Part shown: piece by piece, positions 1-17,027 of the stretch
Position numbering within the stretch: position 1 is the first letter of the stretch
Layout: every line of letters begins with the position of its first letter
Assembly: GCA_009914755.4 (NCBI GenBank)
Contig: CP068257.2
Coordinates: forward strand, 2,592,001-2,656,000
Source: the human T2T-CHM13v2.0 reference genome, Homo sapiens
DNA length: 64,000 nucleotides
Reading direction: 5' to 3'
The notes under the pieces: model-generated
Told to the model about the DNA's origin: nothing
The model's database searches: none
The model's input: only the letters and a program-made list of their open reading frames with translations
Position numbers and translations under genes: made by a program

Positions 1-340
1 TCAGAGCATCCATGTCCCCTATGGACAAACTCTTCTATGACTACAGGAAATTTACTCAAGGGAACAAATATGAGGCATATCTATGTGTCCTCTATTCTAT
101 ATGCAGTTACTCTGCTAGGATTAGGGGATGCAAAGTTTAAATTTAGTGAAATCTCAGGTATAACAAAGTTTGAGCTCCAGTATTGATTAAGTTTGTGAAG
201 GTATACCAATTGGTAGATTTCAGCAGATGTTAAAATTGATTCAGAATATATGCTGGAGAGTTACAAATACCAGTCAGCACCCTTTTATCTTTGGACTGTA
301 TAAATTGTTTTAGAAGATAGTACATTTCCAGTTAGGTCAG

Positions 341-722
341 ATGATAGACTTCCGTTTTAATTTAAATTTTGTTTTTGTGCATATCCATGTTCCTTCCCTT
401 CCTTTCTTCCTTCCTTCCTTCCCTCCTTCCTTCTCTCCTTCCTTCCTTCCCTCTTTCCTTCCTTCCCTCTCCTTCCTTCCCTCTCTCTTTCCTTCCCTCT
501 CTCCTTCCTTCCCTCTCACCTTCCTTCCTTCCCTCCCTCCCTCCTTCCCTTTCCTTACTTCCTCCTTTCCTTCATTCCTTCCTGCCCTCCTTCCCTCCTT
601 CCTTCATTCCTCCCTTCCATCTCTCCTTCCTTCCTTCCATCCCTACCTCCCTCCCTGCTTCCTTCCTTCCCTCTCTCCTTCCTTCCCTCCTTCCGTCCTT
701 CCTTCCTTCCCTCTCCCTCATT
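341..722. repeat. CT-rich (TTCC/CCTT)n-like polypyrimidine:polypurine low-complexity tract, ~380 bp
   Basis: Read directly: near-continuous ccttccttccctcc units on + strand. Every ORF-track entry at 337-788 on both strands is a low-complexity translation of this repeat. Confidence 0.9.
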
Positions 723-1549
723 TTTTTGCCACTGGATATGGGGAAGGTTGTTCTCTTTCCCACTCATACTTATAATTTTTTTATTTGAAACAGCCCCAAA
801 TCAGTATCTTCAGAGTTAAGGTCCTCCTTGTGAGCAGATTGTGTGGTTTAAGAACCCTAGACTTAAGTCAGGTTTGGATTTATCCCTTCTCTGTGCCTCA
901 GGGGTACCGCAGGTGTCTTTTCCTATAACCCTGGGAATTAGATCTTTGTTGTGGCAGAACCATAAGTCGCAGAGCGATGCAGCACAACCAGCCCACAATT
1001 CAGGGGTCAGTGGATTGAAATCGTCTTCTGCTACGGCTCCATCTGGTTCTTCCAGGACTTCCCTCCCTCCTTTTTTTTTCCTTTTAGGGTGTTGAAACTT
1101 TAGTGGCATCTACATTGCCTCATAATCAGTCAAAACTCCCCTTATCCCACATCATGGATTAAAGAGAACATTGCCAGGAGCCCTTCACTCTTCTAGAAGG
1201 ACTTTATTTGATAGGTCCTTTTTCCATGGTTTAGAATAAAAGAGGTAATAACTAGAAATGTCCCCCTCATAATAGGCTCTACAGCAAATTCTACTTTAAA
1301 GGTTGTTGTTCGTGTCTTCAACTGTGGCTGCCTTTAATGATTTTGTCATCCACAGACAGTTGTCTCATTTTGGTCCTCTTTAAATGATGGTTTTATAATC
1401 AGCTATAAAATTTAACAGATGCCCTTAAATGCAGGATTCTGATTAATAACGCTGGAGATTGTGACAATAGAATAGAAGGAAAACTTTCAAATAGAAGAGT
1501 GAATGGTGTTTTGTCTACTTTGGACCATATTTTTATAAATATATTATTA

Positions 1550-1992
1550 GTATGTATTCCAAAATTATTGGAAACTTATATAGAAATGTAATCCCCAGTG
1601 TTGGAAATGGGTCCTGCTGGGAGGTGGCTGGTCCATGGGAGCAGTTTCCAGTCGTTCCCAGTGTTGGAGACGGGGCCTGCTGGAAGGTGGCTGGTCCATG
1701 GGAGCAGCTTCCAGTGGTTCCCACTGTAGGAGATGGGGCCTGCTGGGAGGTGGTTTGTCCATGTAAGCAGTTTCTAATGGTTAAGCATCATCCCCCTAGC
1801 GCTGCTCTTGTGATGGAGTTCTCATGAGATCTTGTTGCTAAAGTGTGTAGGACCTTCCCCCTCTCTCTTTTCCTCCTGCTCTTGCTTTACCTTCCACCAT
1901 GATTGTTAAGTTTCCTGAGGCCTCCCCAGAAGCTGAGCAGATGTCAGCATCATGCTTGCTGTACAGGCTGTGGAAGTGTGAGCCAATTTTCA
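1550..1992 (-). mobile_element. L1 3'UTR fragment of the older L1P/L1M 3'UTR type, antisense
   Basis: Carries the motif cccagtgttgg..ggggcctg..ccatgg... and the tail ...cctgaggcctccccagaagctgagcagatg..gagccaatt. The same motif sits directly downstream of ORF2 in the L1 copies at 40440-40850, 41100-41610 and 45400-45640 (reverse complement) in this window. Confidence 0.6.
1594..1782. repeat. 3 x 63-bp tandem repeat (local expansion inside the L1 3'UTR fragment)
   Basis: Units begin at 1594, 1657 and 1720 (cccagtgttgga.. / cccagtgttgga.. / cccactgtagga..), about 85-90% identical to each other. This produces the repetitive peptides in ORFs 1533-1827. Confidence 0.9.
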
Positions 1993-1995
1993 GTA

Positions 1996-2694
1996 CTCTT
2001 CTGTTTTCCTTTTATTTTATTTTATTTTTTTAAATTTTATTTTAAGTTCCAGGATACATGTGCAGGACATGCAGGTTTGTTACATGGGTAAACGTGCACT
2101 ATGATGATTTGCTGTACTTATCAACCCATCGCCTAGGTATTAAGCCCCACACGCTTTAGCTATTTATCCTGATGCTCTCCCTCCCTGTCCCCAACGACAG
2201 GCCCCAGTGTGTGTTGTTCCCCTCCCTGTGTCCAGGTGTTCTCATTATTCAGCTCCCACTTATGAGTGAGAATATACGGTATTTGGTCTTCTGTTCCTGT
2301 ATTAGTTTGCATGGCTTCCAGATTCATTCATGTCCCTGTAAAAGACATGATCTCATTCCTTTTTATTGCTGCATAGTATTCCATGGTGTGTATGTACCAC
2401 ATTTTCTTTATCCAGTCTATCATTGACGGGCATTTGGATTGAGTCCATGTTTTTGCTATTATGAATAGTGCTGCTATAAACATACGCATGCATATATCTT
2501 TATAATAGAATGATTTATAGTCCTTTGGATACATACCCAGTAATGGGATTTCTGGGTCAAATGGTAGTTCTGGTTCTAGATCCCTGCAGAATCGCCAAAC
2601 TGTCTTCCACAATGATGGAACTAATTCATATTCCTGCCAACAGTGTAAAAGTGTTTATTTCTCCACAGCTTTGCCAGCATCTGTTGTTTCTTGA
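1996..2694 (-). mobile_element. L1 (older L1PA-like) 3' end: ORF2 C-terminus + 3'UTR + A-tail, antisense
   Basis: T-rich tail at 1998-2035, then aagttccaggatacatgtgcag..ccccagtgtgtgttgttcccctccctgtgtcc.., the reverse complement of the L1 3'UTR and ORF2 end. Diverged from the adjacent younger L1. Confidence 0.8.
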
Positions 2695-7085
<4,391 letters not shown>

Positions 7086-7160
7086 AGTCTTCTGTTTTCT
7101 AGATTTTTCAGTACACTTCTGTTTACTAGATTAAGACATTCCTGTGGAAAATTTTTCTCT

Positions 7161-7164
<4 letters not shown>

Positions 7165-7192
<28 letters not shown>
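7165..7192. repeat. poly(T) homopolymer, ~28 nt
   Basis: Read directly. Confidence 0.9.
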
Positions 7193-7193
<1 letters not shown>

Positions 7194-9209
7194 CGCATAA
7201 GACATCCTTAAAAAAATCCTGGTTTTTTTTTTTAATATTTTCTACTTATCTTTGGTTTTTTAGTGATAAGTGGTTTGAAAGTGAACTGCATTCGTATAGT
7301 TTTCTTCACATTTCTTGTGCTTGAGGTTATTTGAGATTCTTAAAACTGTGGGTTTATTGTTTTCATCAATTTTGTATTTTTTCTACTATTATTTCTTCAA
7401 TTTTCTGGGGCTTTTTAAGCTTTTGTTCTGTTTATTCTCCTTTGGGTATTCCAGTAACATGTAAGTTATGCTACTAAAAGTTGTTCTACAGCTCACTGAT
7501 CTTTTTTTTTAATGTGTACTTTCTTTCTGTGATTTATGCTGGTTGGTTTCTACTGTGTTCGCAGGGTTAGCCTGGTGTGACTCTGTGGCTTTCTTGAGAC
7601 ATTTAAATAGTACCAAATTTTATTTAAAAATTTTAACCAACACACTATGTTTACTCATGTTTGAAGGAAAGCTCTTGGCTGTTCCTCTTTTTTCTGCCTC
7701 ACTCTTACCAATGCAGATGACAGAGACTTGCAGACTCATCTAAGCCTTGTAAGACTCCATAACACGTTTAAAAAAATCATAACTGCTTTTTTGTTTACAT
7801 ATTATAGAGTCATTATTTAATTCTGAATCTAGCTTTAAATTTTGTTTAAAGTAGGAAATATTTTTTGTTCCCACTTAATGCTATTGAGTAGGTATATTTG
7901 TGTTGCTGCTTACTAGAGGACTAATAATTATAGTTGGCCATGAAGCAAAAATCACATATTTCTAAATTACCCTTTCAAAAGATTCATTAAGTTGCCTGTA
8001 AATCACAATGTAGACCAAAGTATTTATGCAGTACTTTAGAGACTCTCAATAATGACAAATATCCAGGTTTCTCTCTAGTAGAAAAGAACAGTTGAGTACC
8101 AAATAGTTTGCATTTTATCATCTAACGTGCTTCAAAAATAAAATTTTAAGCATGAGAATTACACTCAGAGCAGTGAGATGTTCATACTCTGAGAGGCATT
8201 TAGGATGTGAAAGTGAGAAAACAAGATTTTGTGAATGTAGTCTTGGGATTACTCACTGTGTGTCTTTCAGCCACTTCCCCTCTCCCTCTCCTTTCATCGC
8301 TATCTTCTCCTTGATTTTGAGTTGATTTTTGTATATTTATAATGGAATTTCCCAATGTCATATTGTCTCAACAGCACATTATGAAACAAGTACTTTTAAA
8401 TTTACATTCAAACAGAGAAATAGAGGTTCTTCTTTGAAAGTATGGGTTCTTCTTTAAATGAACCCTACATTGCCTTTGGGGGGTGTTCATTATGTATAAT
8501 TTTTAAAAATTGCTAACATCTGAAGCTAAAATTCATTTTTTTGTATTAAGTCTAATAGTTTTTTTTAACTTAAGTGTAGATTTTTTAAAATGCTCCGTAG
8601 TGGTGTTATTTATATGATTTTTGTCACTGCAATTTGATTGCTTCATTCATTGCTTTCTTTGTAATACCATTTCTTCCAAATATCATGCTTTCATTGGTTT
8701 CATGAACAGATTTCTACTTTAGAGTGTGAGCAAGGATGTTCTGTTAAATAAATGGGAAAATTAATCCTCCCGAATTTATATTGTCATGTGGAAGTGAAGA
8801 GTAAGTTTAATTTTGTAGCATTTCATCCAGCTTTGTCTCCATCCTTTGATACATGAACAAATTACATGAGTGAAGAACACCACTGTGTTTTCTTAAATAA
8901 CTTTTCAACTTCAGTAAGTCATGAAAGGATCAAATATGAGAGAAATAGAGAACCTCAGGATCAACTCAAGTATTTGGAAAAAGTACTGAAAAATGAGGTG
9001 GGGTAGTTTCAAAACTGCCCTGCTCAGCATCGAAAGGCTCTTGTTTCTTAAGGAAGCCATGGAGTTTTATCAGCTTAAAAGTGAGTGGTTTGTAAAATGA
9101 AATTTTGTTTCTTTTAAACAACTTACTTTTGAAACTTCCATTCTTGTTCGTGGATTGTGGTTTGTTAGAACAGTGATTATTTAGTTTTTATGAGATGTTT
9201 CTTGTATTT

Positions 9210-9506
9210 TTATTTATTTTTTTTAAGGCAGAGTCTTGCTCTGTCGCCCAGGCTGGAGTACAGTGGCTCAATCTCAGTTCACTGCAACCGCCACCTCCCA
9301 GGTTCAAGCGATTCTCGTGACTCAGCCTCCTGAGTAGTTGGGATTACAGGCACCTCCCACCACACCCAGCTAATTTTTGTATTTTTAGTAGAGATGAGGC
9401 TTCACCATGTTGGCCAGGCTTGTCTCAAACTTCTGACCTCAAGTGATCCACCCTCCTCAGCCTCCCAAAGTGCTAGGATTACAGGTGTGAGCCACCGTGC
9501 CCTGCC
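9210..9506 (-). mobile_element. Alu (antisense) with 13-bp target-site duplication GTTTCTTGTATTT
   Basis: Reverse complement of the Alu consensus (ggcagagtcttgctctgtcgcccaggctggagt ... ggattacaggtgtgagccaccgtgccc). TSD copies at 9197-9209 and 9507-9519. Confidence 0.9.
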
Positions 9507-11837
9507 TGTTTCTTGTATTTGATGATGAAAATCTGTTATTAACAGGCATTGGGCCTGTTTCTTGTATTTTATCATGAAAATCTGTTATTGACAGTAAGAG
9601 GATGGGGGCTCAGGTTAGCAACAGGGTGTTAGAAAAGCAGCAGTAAAATTTTGGTTCTCAAAACATTTGATGTCTTATTCCTTTTTTTGAACATGGGTTT
9701 TTCTAAAAAAGACCAGTCATTTTGAAACTTGATTTTACTGTCATGTTCTCCTTTTGAAATTCATCTTATTGTTTGTATGAATTGGCAGTCCTATATGGGA
9801 AATTTCGGTTTTGCATATTTTCAGATTATTTTCATTTTTACTTCAGAGATTTTGAACAGATGCTATACAAAAGTATTTATTTATTCAACAAAATTTAGTG
9901 CTGCTTATGTTGCAAGCACTTACTGAACTTCATGCTGTATGTGCCTGAGATACTTTTGTGAACGTAATGGCAACATCAAAAACTTTGCCCTTATGCACCT
10001 TATAAACCTTTAATTTCAAGGCATACTGATGAGTGGGCATCTGCTATAACGTACTTTCATGGTCATTTAATTCACCATTATTTGGGTATACCTTATATTA
10101 AAGCGATTATTAAAAATTGGAAAATATTTAACACATCTTCATCTTGCCTTTTTCCTTAACATATGTAGATCAAGGGAGTCACTGAGAATCAGTTTTAGGG
10201 ATAGTTATAAAAATCTTAACTTTGCAAATATAACTTTGTCCTCAATGTAATAACTGGAAAAAATAATTTACGTTTCAAAGGCTTTAATCTTTGTATTTTT
10301 TTGAAAAGGAGCCTTCACCGAGATTTTTAAAAAATTATTGCTCTGTCCTACAGTAGAGACTGATAGAATCATGGATATGGTCCTCTAATGGATCTGTACC
10401 ACCTCAGTTCTCTTATTGTTGCCCTCCCGTGGTGAAAATTAAACCTTATTTTCATTTCATGTCTAGGATGTAGTATGTTCTTTTTGGGAAAAACAATGAT
10501 GTTTCTTGAGAAATAAGTGCCTTCAGTATCACTGTGTGTCACTTAATAAATATGACTAATATCTATTTTACCAGTTGTTGCAATTTGATCCTTAAACAGC
10601 CGTCTTTAAATTGTACTTTTTCTTTGGTTAGAGAAAAGTAATTATAATAGACATTAATTATTTTTACATAATTTTCTTATGTGGACAGCCGTTCTTAGAA
10701 CTAAAACTTTCAGATGTTTATATTACAAGTACAATTATTATTTATTATTATTAATGTCAGTACCAAAATGTAATCAACTCTCTTCCTTTTGCTTCCTTTT
10801 TTGAATCAAAATATTACACTTATAGAAGCAAGAGCAACGGCTCTATATCTGGATCACTGCAGTGCCTAGAAGATACAACAGCACAATTTACAAATCCAAA
10901 TTTCCAGGAAGTCTCTCCACATACCTCTCGTACAAAAGATGCTTCAGAGACTAGAGGGTCAGAGAGGAAAGAGAGGAAATATTCAACTCCCAGTTCAGGA
11001 CAAAAGGGAAGAAAGCCTGCTGTTGAAAGAAATCCAAGAATGACTGTGTCTGCAACTCGCTCCTTTCTGTGAAGTATTCATGGTGCTTTACTTAAAATAT
11101 TTGCTGTTATGATCGTCAATAATATTAATAGTTATGCTTTGTAAAAGAATTTATTCTTTACTTATAATTAATGGATGATTCTAAGTTATTATATGTTTAG
11201 TTGCTATAGTAAGATGATGTGAAAGATTTGTTGCCTGTTAAATATTTCTGGGATCTTTGTTTTATTTTTATATTATGATTTGTGCTTCCAAAGTTGAGCT
11301 GTAATTTTATTGTTTATACAAATGTAGAATAAAGCTTAGGTTTGGGGAGAAAAATAAAAGCTAGAGTTTTCCTTTCAGCTATAGAACAGTCATTTATTTC
11401 TATAAATGTTTTTTATGTAGCTTTCCTAGTTCCACATTTAAAAAGATAAATATGGGGATCTACACAGGTCTCAGTAAACAATAGTTCTTGGTTAATAATG
11501 CATTTATTACAAAGCTTGAAGTTTAAAGTAGAATTTTGCTCAGCGTACATATCTTTTATGGTCAGGCTGCTATAATTATGTAATACCCCGTTAAATTTCA
11601 ATTTCAGATAAACAAGGAATAATATTTTAGTATAACCATGTCCCAAATATTGCATGGGATATACTTACACTGAAAAAAGTATTTGTTTATCTGAAATTTC
11701 AAATTAACTGGGCATGCTATATTTTCTGTGGCAACCTGTTTTATAGAGAACAGAGTAGAGTAAGTCAGCTAAATTTTAGAATACTTAACCCTAACCTGGT
11801 GTTCTAGGTCTTTCCTTCTTGTAATTATTATTATTAT

Positions 11838-11984
11838 TTGGAGTCAGGGTCGTGCTGCATCACCCAGGCTGGAGTGCAGTGGCGCAATCACAGTGCCCTG
11901 TAGCCTTGAGCATCTGGGCTCAGGTGATTCTGGCACCTCTGCCTTTGCCTCTCAAGTAGCTAGTACCACAGGTATGTGGGCCCA
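11838..11984 (-). mobile_element. Alu monomer-length fragment (antisense)
   Basis: ggagtcagggtcgtgctgcatcacccaggctggagtgcagtggcgcaatc... matches an Alu arm in reverse complement. Confidence 0.6.
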
Positions 11985-12345
11985 GCTAAATTTTTTTTTT
12001 TTCTCATAGAGACAGGGTCTCAGGCTGGTCTGGAACTCCTGGGCTCAAGCAATCCTCCCACCTCTGCCTTCACTTCCCAAATAGCTGAGACCACAGGCAC
12101 ATGCCACCACCATACCCAGCTTATTTTTTATCAGGTTGGTGCAAGAGTAATTGCGGGGTTTGCCATTGAAAGTAATGGCAAAACCCGCAATTACTTTTTG
12201 TACCACCCTAATAATTTTTTGTGGAGACAGGGTCTTGCCCTGTTGTCTAGGCTGGTTTCCAACTCCTGGGCTCGAGTGACCCTCTTGCCTTGACCTCTAA
12301 AAGTTCTGGGATTACAGACGGGAGCCACTGCACCAAGCTACTTTG
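11985..12345 (-). mobile_element. Alu (antisense) interrupted in its A-rich linker by a MADE1 insertion
   Basis: Tail and right-arm reverse complement at 11985-12130, MADE1 at 12131-12210, left-arm reverse complement at 12213-12345 (..gggattacagacgggagccactgcacc). Confidence 0.75.
12131..12210. mobile_element. MADE1 (Hsmar1-derived 80-bp palindromic MITE) flanked by a TA duplication
   Basis: caggttggtgcaagagtaattgcggggtttgccattgaaagtaatggcaaaacccgcaattactttttgtaccaccctaa matches my recalled MADE1 consensus (ttaggttggtgcaaaagtaattgcggtttttgccattaaaagtaatggcaaaaaccgcaattacttttgcaccaacctaa). TA at 12129-12130 and 12211-12212. Confidence 0.85.
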
Positions 12346-14948
12346 TATAATTTTTAACATAAACATAAATATTTTGAGAAATAGATATGTTAATACCATT
12401 GGAGGAAAATATATTGTAAAGTATACAATAGAAAAAAAATCAAGCAAAATACAACAAATACAACAAAAAATTATCAAAATTTTCAGAGGAACAGAACAAA
12501 ATCTAGTTTTACAATCTTCAGAATTCAATCCCATTATAATAAACATATAAAGAAACATATTCAAAGAAAAAGGCAATCAATAGAGACTGACCTCGAGATG
12601 ACCCAGATGTTGGAATTAGTGTGGATTTTTAAAGTAGTTATTGTAATTCTTACTAAAATCAAAACCCCAAAAACCCTTAAAATAAATGGATAGGAAATCA
12701 CAGCAGAGAAGAAGAAACTACAATAATAACAAAGGCTTAAGTGGAAATTCTAGAAGTGAGAACCTTTTCAAAATTAAAAAATAATAATCAGTTGCTTTCA
12801 GGAGCAGCTTGGAGGTGGTAAAGAGTCAATGAACCTTAAAATACAATTGAAATGATTCAATCTGAAAAATGTGAGCAGTCATAGGTTGAGGTGAGGGAGC
12901 TTTTCCTTTGGTTAGTGCTTTTAGGTAATCTTGGTTTTGATAAGATTACTACACTGATCCGTCAGGGGCATGCTAAGCCAGAGTTTAACTTGGTTTCAGT
13001 AGTGCTTTAAACAAAACTCATGATATCCTGTGTACAAGATGGAAGAAGAGTGGACCAGATGACAATATTTAGATGCAGTCATTCTTAACCTCCGTTGCTC
13101 TCCCAGTGGTCTAGCTGAGGTTTGTATAAAGTGGAATGGGAGGAATAGGGAAGGAGCCCCCACCTACCCTCTCCCCTTATCCACTTGTCCTCCTTCACTA
13201 GTGGATAAAGTCCACGGGAACAGGCAAGTTATTTTAAATCTGTATCTTCTGTTGTCAAGATCTGTAATCAGTTCTGCTCGCTGGACTGGGGACAGGAACC
13301 AAGGGAACATGAGGGTGAACGGGTTGGCATGGAGTCCAGGAACACACTGTGCCTACATGCAGAATATTTGTGCCAGGAAAGCCAGTCAGCAGGCAGATGG
13401 TCTCAGATACCAAGCTAGTGTTGGGAAGCCAGATTCAGTCTCTTGAAGGTGGTGTTCCTCATTCTGTGGTTTGTATCACTTGCTTCAGAATGACCTGGAG
13501 TACTTATAAAAATGCAAATTTTGAGCCCAATCCTAGACCTCCTAAGCCTGTATCTCTATGGATGGGTCTCAGTAGTCAATATTGGAAATGTGCAGGTCCC
13601 TAGGAGATGCTTATGCATATAGATTTGAACTGTTGTGTTTAAGGGTTAGGGAGCTAGCAAAAGCAAGGAATAGACCAAGCCCTTGGGTGGGAAGGCTCCA
13701 TAACCTTGGCACTGTTAGCATTCTGGGCGGAACAGGATTCTGCCATATGCTTCGCAGCATCCCTAACCTCTACTCTCTAACACCGTATTCCAGTTGTGAA
13801 AACCAAAAATGTCCCCTGGGAGGCAAAATAGTCACCATTTGGGAACTGGAACCACTGCTTTGTGGGATCAGAGTGGTTACTTTGTTCCGAATCCAAGGAT
13901 CAGAACACACGATGAGAGAAAGTCCAGCTATTGGAACTGGAGTGCCAAGTTGAAGCTAGATCTACAACAAAAGTTCCAAAAGCTCCTTTATAGGGCTGAT
14001 CCCATGCCTCAGCTACCTAGCTTGTACAGATGCCATGTAACTCTAGATTTGGTGACAGAAGGAATTTAAAGGCTAGAACTAGATAGGGTCTTTCAGGTTA
14101 GGCCAGCACACAACGTGGACTTTTGACATCATCCAGATGCTTGAACCAACCTCAGTCCTGAGGCAGAATTTCCCGTGGCATCTGATACACAGCCTGGCTT
14201 TGGAGCACTCACTGGGATTAGATGCCATGGGAATATCGTGTTTAGGAACTCTGAAAGAGACAGGCTTCAACAAAGCAGACCTAAGCAACACGTAGCGTCT
14301 GAACTTCTTTATCAGCTTCCATTCCAGGCCACGAGGACAAAAGCATCACATACATATCCACTGTGGCAAATCTGTCTTCAGTAGGGAGTTTCCCCAGTAC
14401 TACTCTCCCCTCTGTTCTGAGCCTACTTGCTCCTTTGTAATGTTTCCACTTTCTGTTCCACTCCCTAATAGATGATTTGTCTTCTCTGCCCAGCCCCCTA
14501 GTTCTGACATTTGGATTGTCTGTGATCTGGGTAGTACTTAGGAGGTAGAATCAAAGCCTTGTTGATTGGATTGGGAGTTTCTAACTTCCTATTAAAGGCA
14601 CTGATTAAGCATCTATTGTATAAAGTAAAGTAAGATTATGATCCAGTAAGAAAGATTCCACAAGTAGCGCAGGAAGAATTGGTTTCTAGTACACTTCATG
14701 CTTCAGGACAGGAAACCCAGAAAATAATTCTGTGGTACGTTAAGTGTGTACTGTAAGTTTCATTTTCATGTGAAAAACTGTAGTTAGCTAAAAAGTACAT
14801 CCATGAAGAATCCTGATTATACTTGTTTAATCCTGGTTAAACTAGCTACTAGCTAAACAATAATTTCACAACAACTCAAGAACTCTGTAAAAGCATTTCC
14901 CCTGAATATTTTATTCAGAAAAAAACACAAAAAGATAAGGCAGAAACA

Positions 14949-14982
14949 AAAATCCCAGTCATTTGCAGTATCTGTCGGCTTT
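14949..14982 (-). pseudogene. FRG1: FRG1-family exon 9 (last coding): (R)TKLKADRYCK*
   Basis: Acceptor ..tttgtttaaacaagAG|gacc with AG at 14983-14984. Reads ag|g acc aaa ttg aaa gcc gac aga tac tgc aaa tga. It is 3 nt shorter than my recalled human RRAKLKADRYCK end. An AATAAA (tttatt on the plus strand near 14895) lies downstream. Confidence 0.8.
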
Positions 14983-16166
14983 CAATTTGGTCCTCTTGTT
15001 TAAACAAATAAAAATAGTAAAATTAATCTATGTAAAACATGCCATATATATTCAACTGCTACTAAATATAAAAAGCTATAAAACTGTGTGTTCAATTTTG
15101 GTTACTGTATTATCACAACACTTATATTAAAATATGTATACTTTTAAATTTGGTTTCTATAAAAAATGGATTATAATCCTATAAAAGTTATTTCCTAATA
15201 TTCAATAAATGTTGCCTAAGGGTTTTTTCTATCCAAATAGCAATTTTATTCCGGAATTTAAGGGTGCTCTAAATTTCCATTTAACAGGGTGAGAATGCTG
15301 TATTATTACAAGTGAGAAAAGTTACAGGACATAGAGTTTATTCCGTTTTAGAGTCCACATCCTGATTATATTTTTTATCCTCTTCTTGATTTCTTACAAC
15401 TAGATACATATTCACTTACTCAGCTGGAAAAAATTTGTAACATTATTTACTGACTTTACGTATGTACTCTACCAGCTAGTTAACAGGAAATATGTAATTA
15501 AACATTGCCTTTATCAAGTAATGTAAAAAAGGGTAAGAGTAACTTTGCAACATAGGACTTGAATGAGCAACTGGTGATGATCAAAATCTGGCACTTAATT
15601 GATTTATACTTGTACACTCACAGCTAAACGTCTCTACCTGTTTTTCTATGGTATAAATCTAGGACATTACTTATCTACATAGGAAGAATAATAAATATTA
15701 ATAATGTGCTATGATAAACATCCTGCACTCTTCCAAATCTTACAATAAAACTGCTTCAATTTCACTTGTTTAGCTTTTATATTTAGTTTGTTAGTTGATA
15801 TATGCTTATTTTAAGGAAGCTGAACTACTCTAACAGAATCCACATAATTTTTATATTAGCCAAACTGCTTCTTTCTAACTCTGGTTCTAATAGTTATAAA
15901 AAGATAATGATAAATTTATGAAGTAGATACAGTCAAACCTGAATTTCTTAAAGTATATACTTAGAATCGGTTATAATTTTTAGATATTCTTTGTTGACAG
16001 TCTTTTCCCAAACTCATGATGTCCTCTCTAGGTAATTTTGCACACTCATAAATTAGAAATGAAGACAAAAATGTGAAAACTACAGTAATTTAAGAGAATA
16101 TAGGTTTTCTACATGCCATTTCTATTGGCTACTGAAAACAGTGAAAATAAGTAAATAAATAGCTAC

Positions 16167-16277
16167 CTGTCCAGAAGCGTCTCTTGCAAAAATCCATCTT
16201 TCTGAGCCTTTTTAAGAATTTTACTGTCTTCTTTACTTATTTTAAGTTTGTGCTCTTGGAAGCTCTGAAATTTCTTT
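16167..16277 (-). pseudogene. FRG1: FRG1-family exon 8: (V)[36 protein letters not shown](R)
   Basis: Acceptor tttgcAG at 16278-16279, donor GTAGCT at 16165-16166, 111 nt. Three substitutions against recalled FRG1 (D>E, R>Q, H>Q). Confidence 0.85.
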
Positions 16278-16386
16278 CTGCAAAGAAAATGTCTTCATTG
16301 AAAAGTACCTCAAACTCTGATTATACATATTTACTATTAAATTTATAAATACTGTTAATTTCTTTTTCACTTATTAAAAAAGTCTA

Positions 16387-16689
<303 letters not shown>

Positions 16690-17027
16690 CTAATTGTATT
16701 TTTTTTTTAATAAGCTGGAGCATTTGAACAACAAAGATGACTCTCGTGACCTCTCAAGAGGAGGGCTACTCATTGACTGGGTAGCAAAAGGCCCCACTTC
16801 TATTAGGGCATGCTGGCTGGAGTCCCCTGTGTCCTGGCCATAGCACAGCCTTTGACTGGCATCATGCCCATTCTATGAATGAATAGAGAGATTGACTAAC
16901 CCGAGTGACTAGCTTTGGGAGCTGGTAGGATGATTAGGAAAACTGAACCCTCAAGAAAAGAAAAGCATTTAGCTCAGTGCTCTGTCCCAGAGGCTACATT
17001 GTGTTGCCTCTTTTGTCCATCAGGTTT

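Noticed and set aside
337-788. Five ORFs of 60-144 aa on both strands (S/F/L/P-rich or E/G/R/K-rich peptides)
   Set aside because: They are translations of the CT-rich simple repeat. They have no start context, no complexity and no homology.
1533-1827. ORFs of 63-91 aa with internally repeated peptides (GPATFQQ.. / PSVGDGACW..)
   Set aside because: They read through the 3 x 63-bp tandem repeat in an L1 3'UTR fragment. The periodic protein is an artefact.
8914-9077. Possible exon between an AG acceptor (..cttcag|taagtc) and a GT donor (ttaaaa|gtgagtgg)
   Set aside because: All three frames contain stop codons within the segment and there is no supporting homology.
13140-14600. Possible LTR-type repeat (segment ..aaaaatgcaaattttgagcccaatcctagacctcctaagcctgtatctc.. 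resembles a common mammalian LTR signature) with several 69-123 aa ORFs
   Set aside because: The similarity is too diverged for me to name a family confidently from memory. The ORFs show no homology. I left it unannotated and flag it for RepeatMasker.
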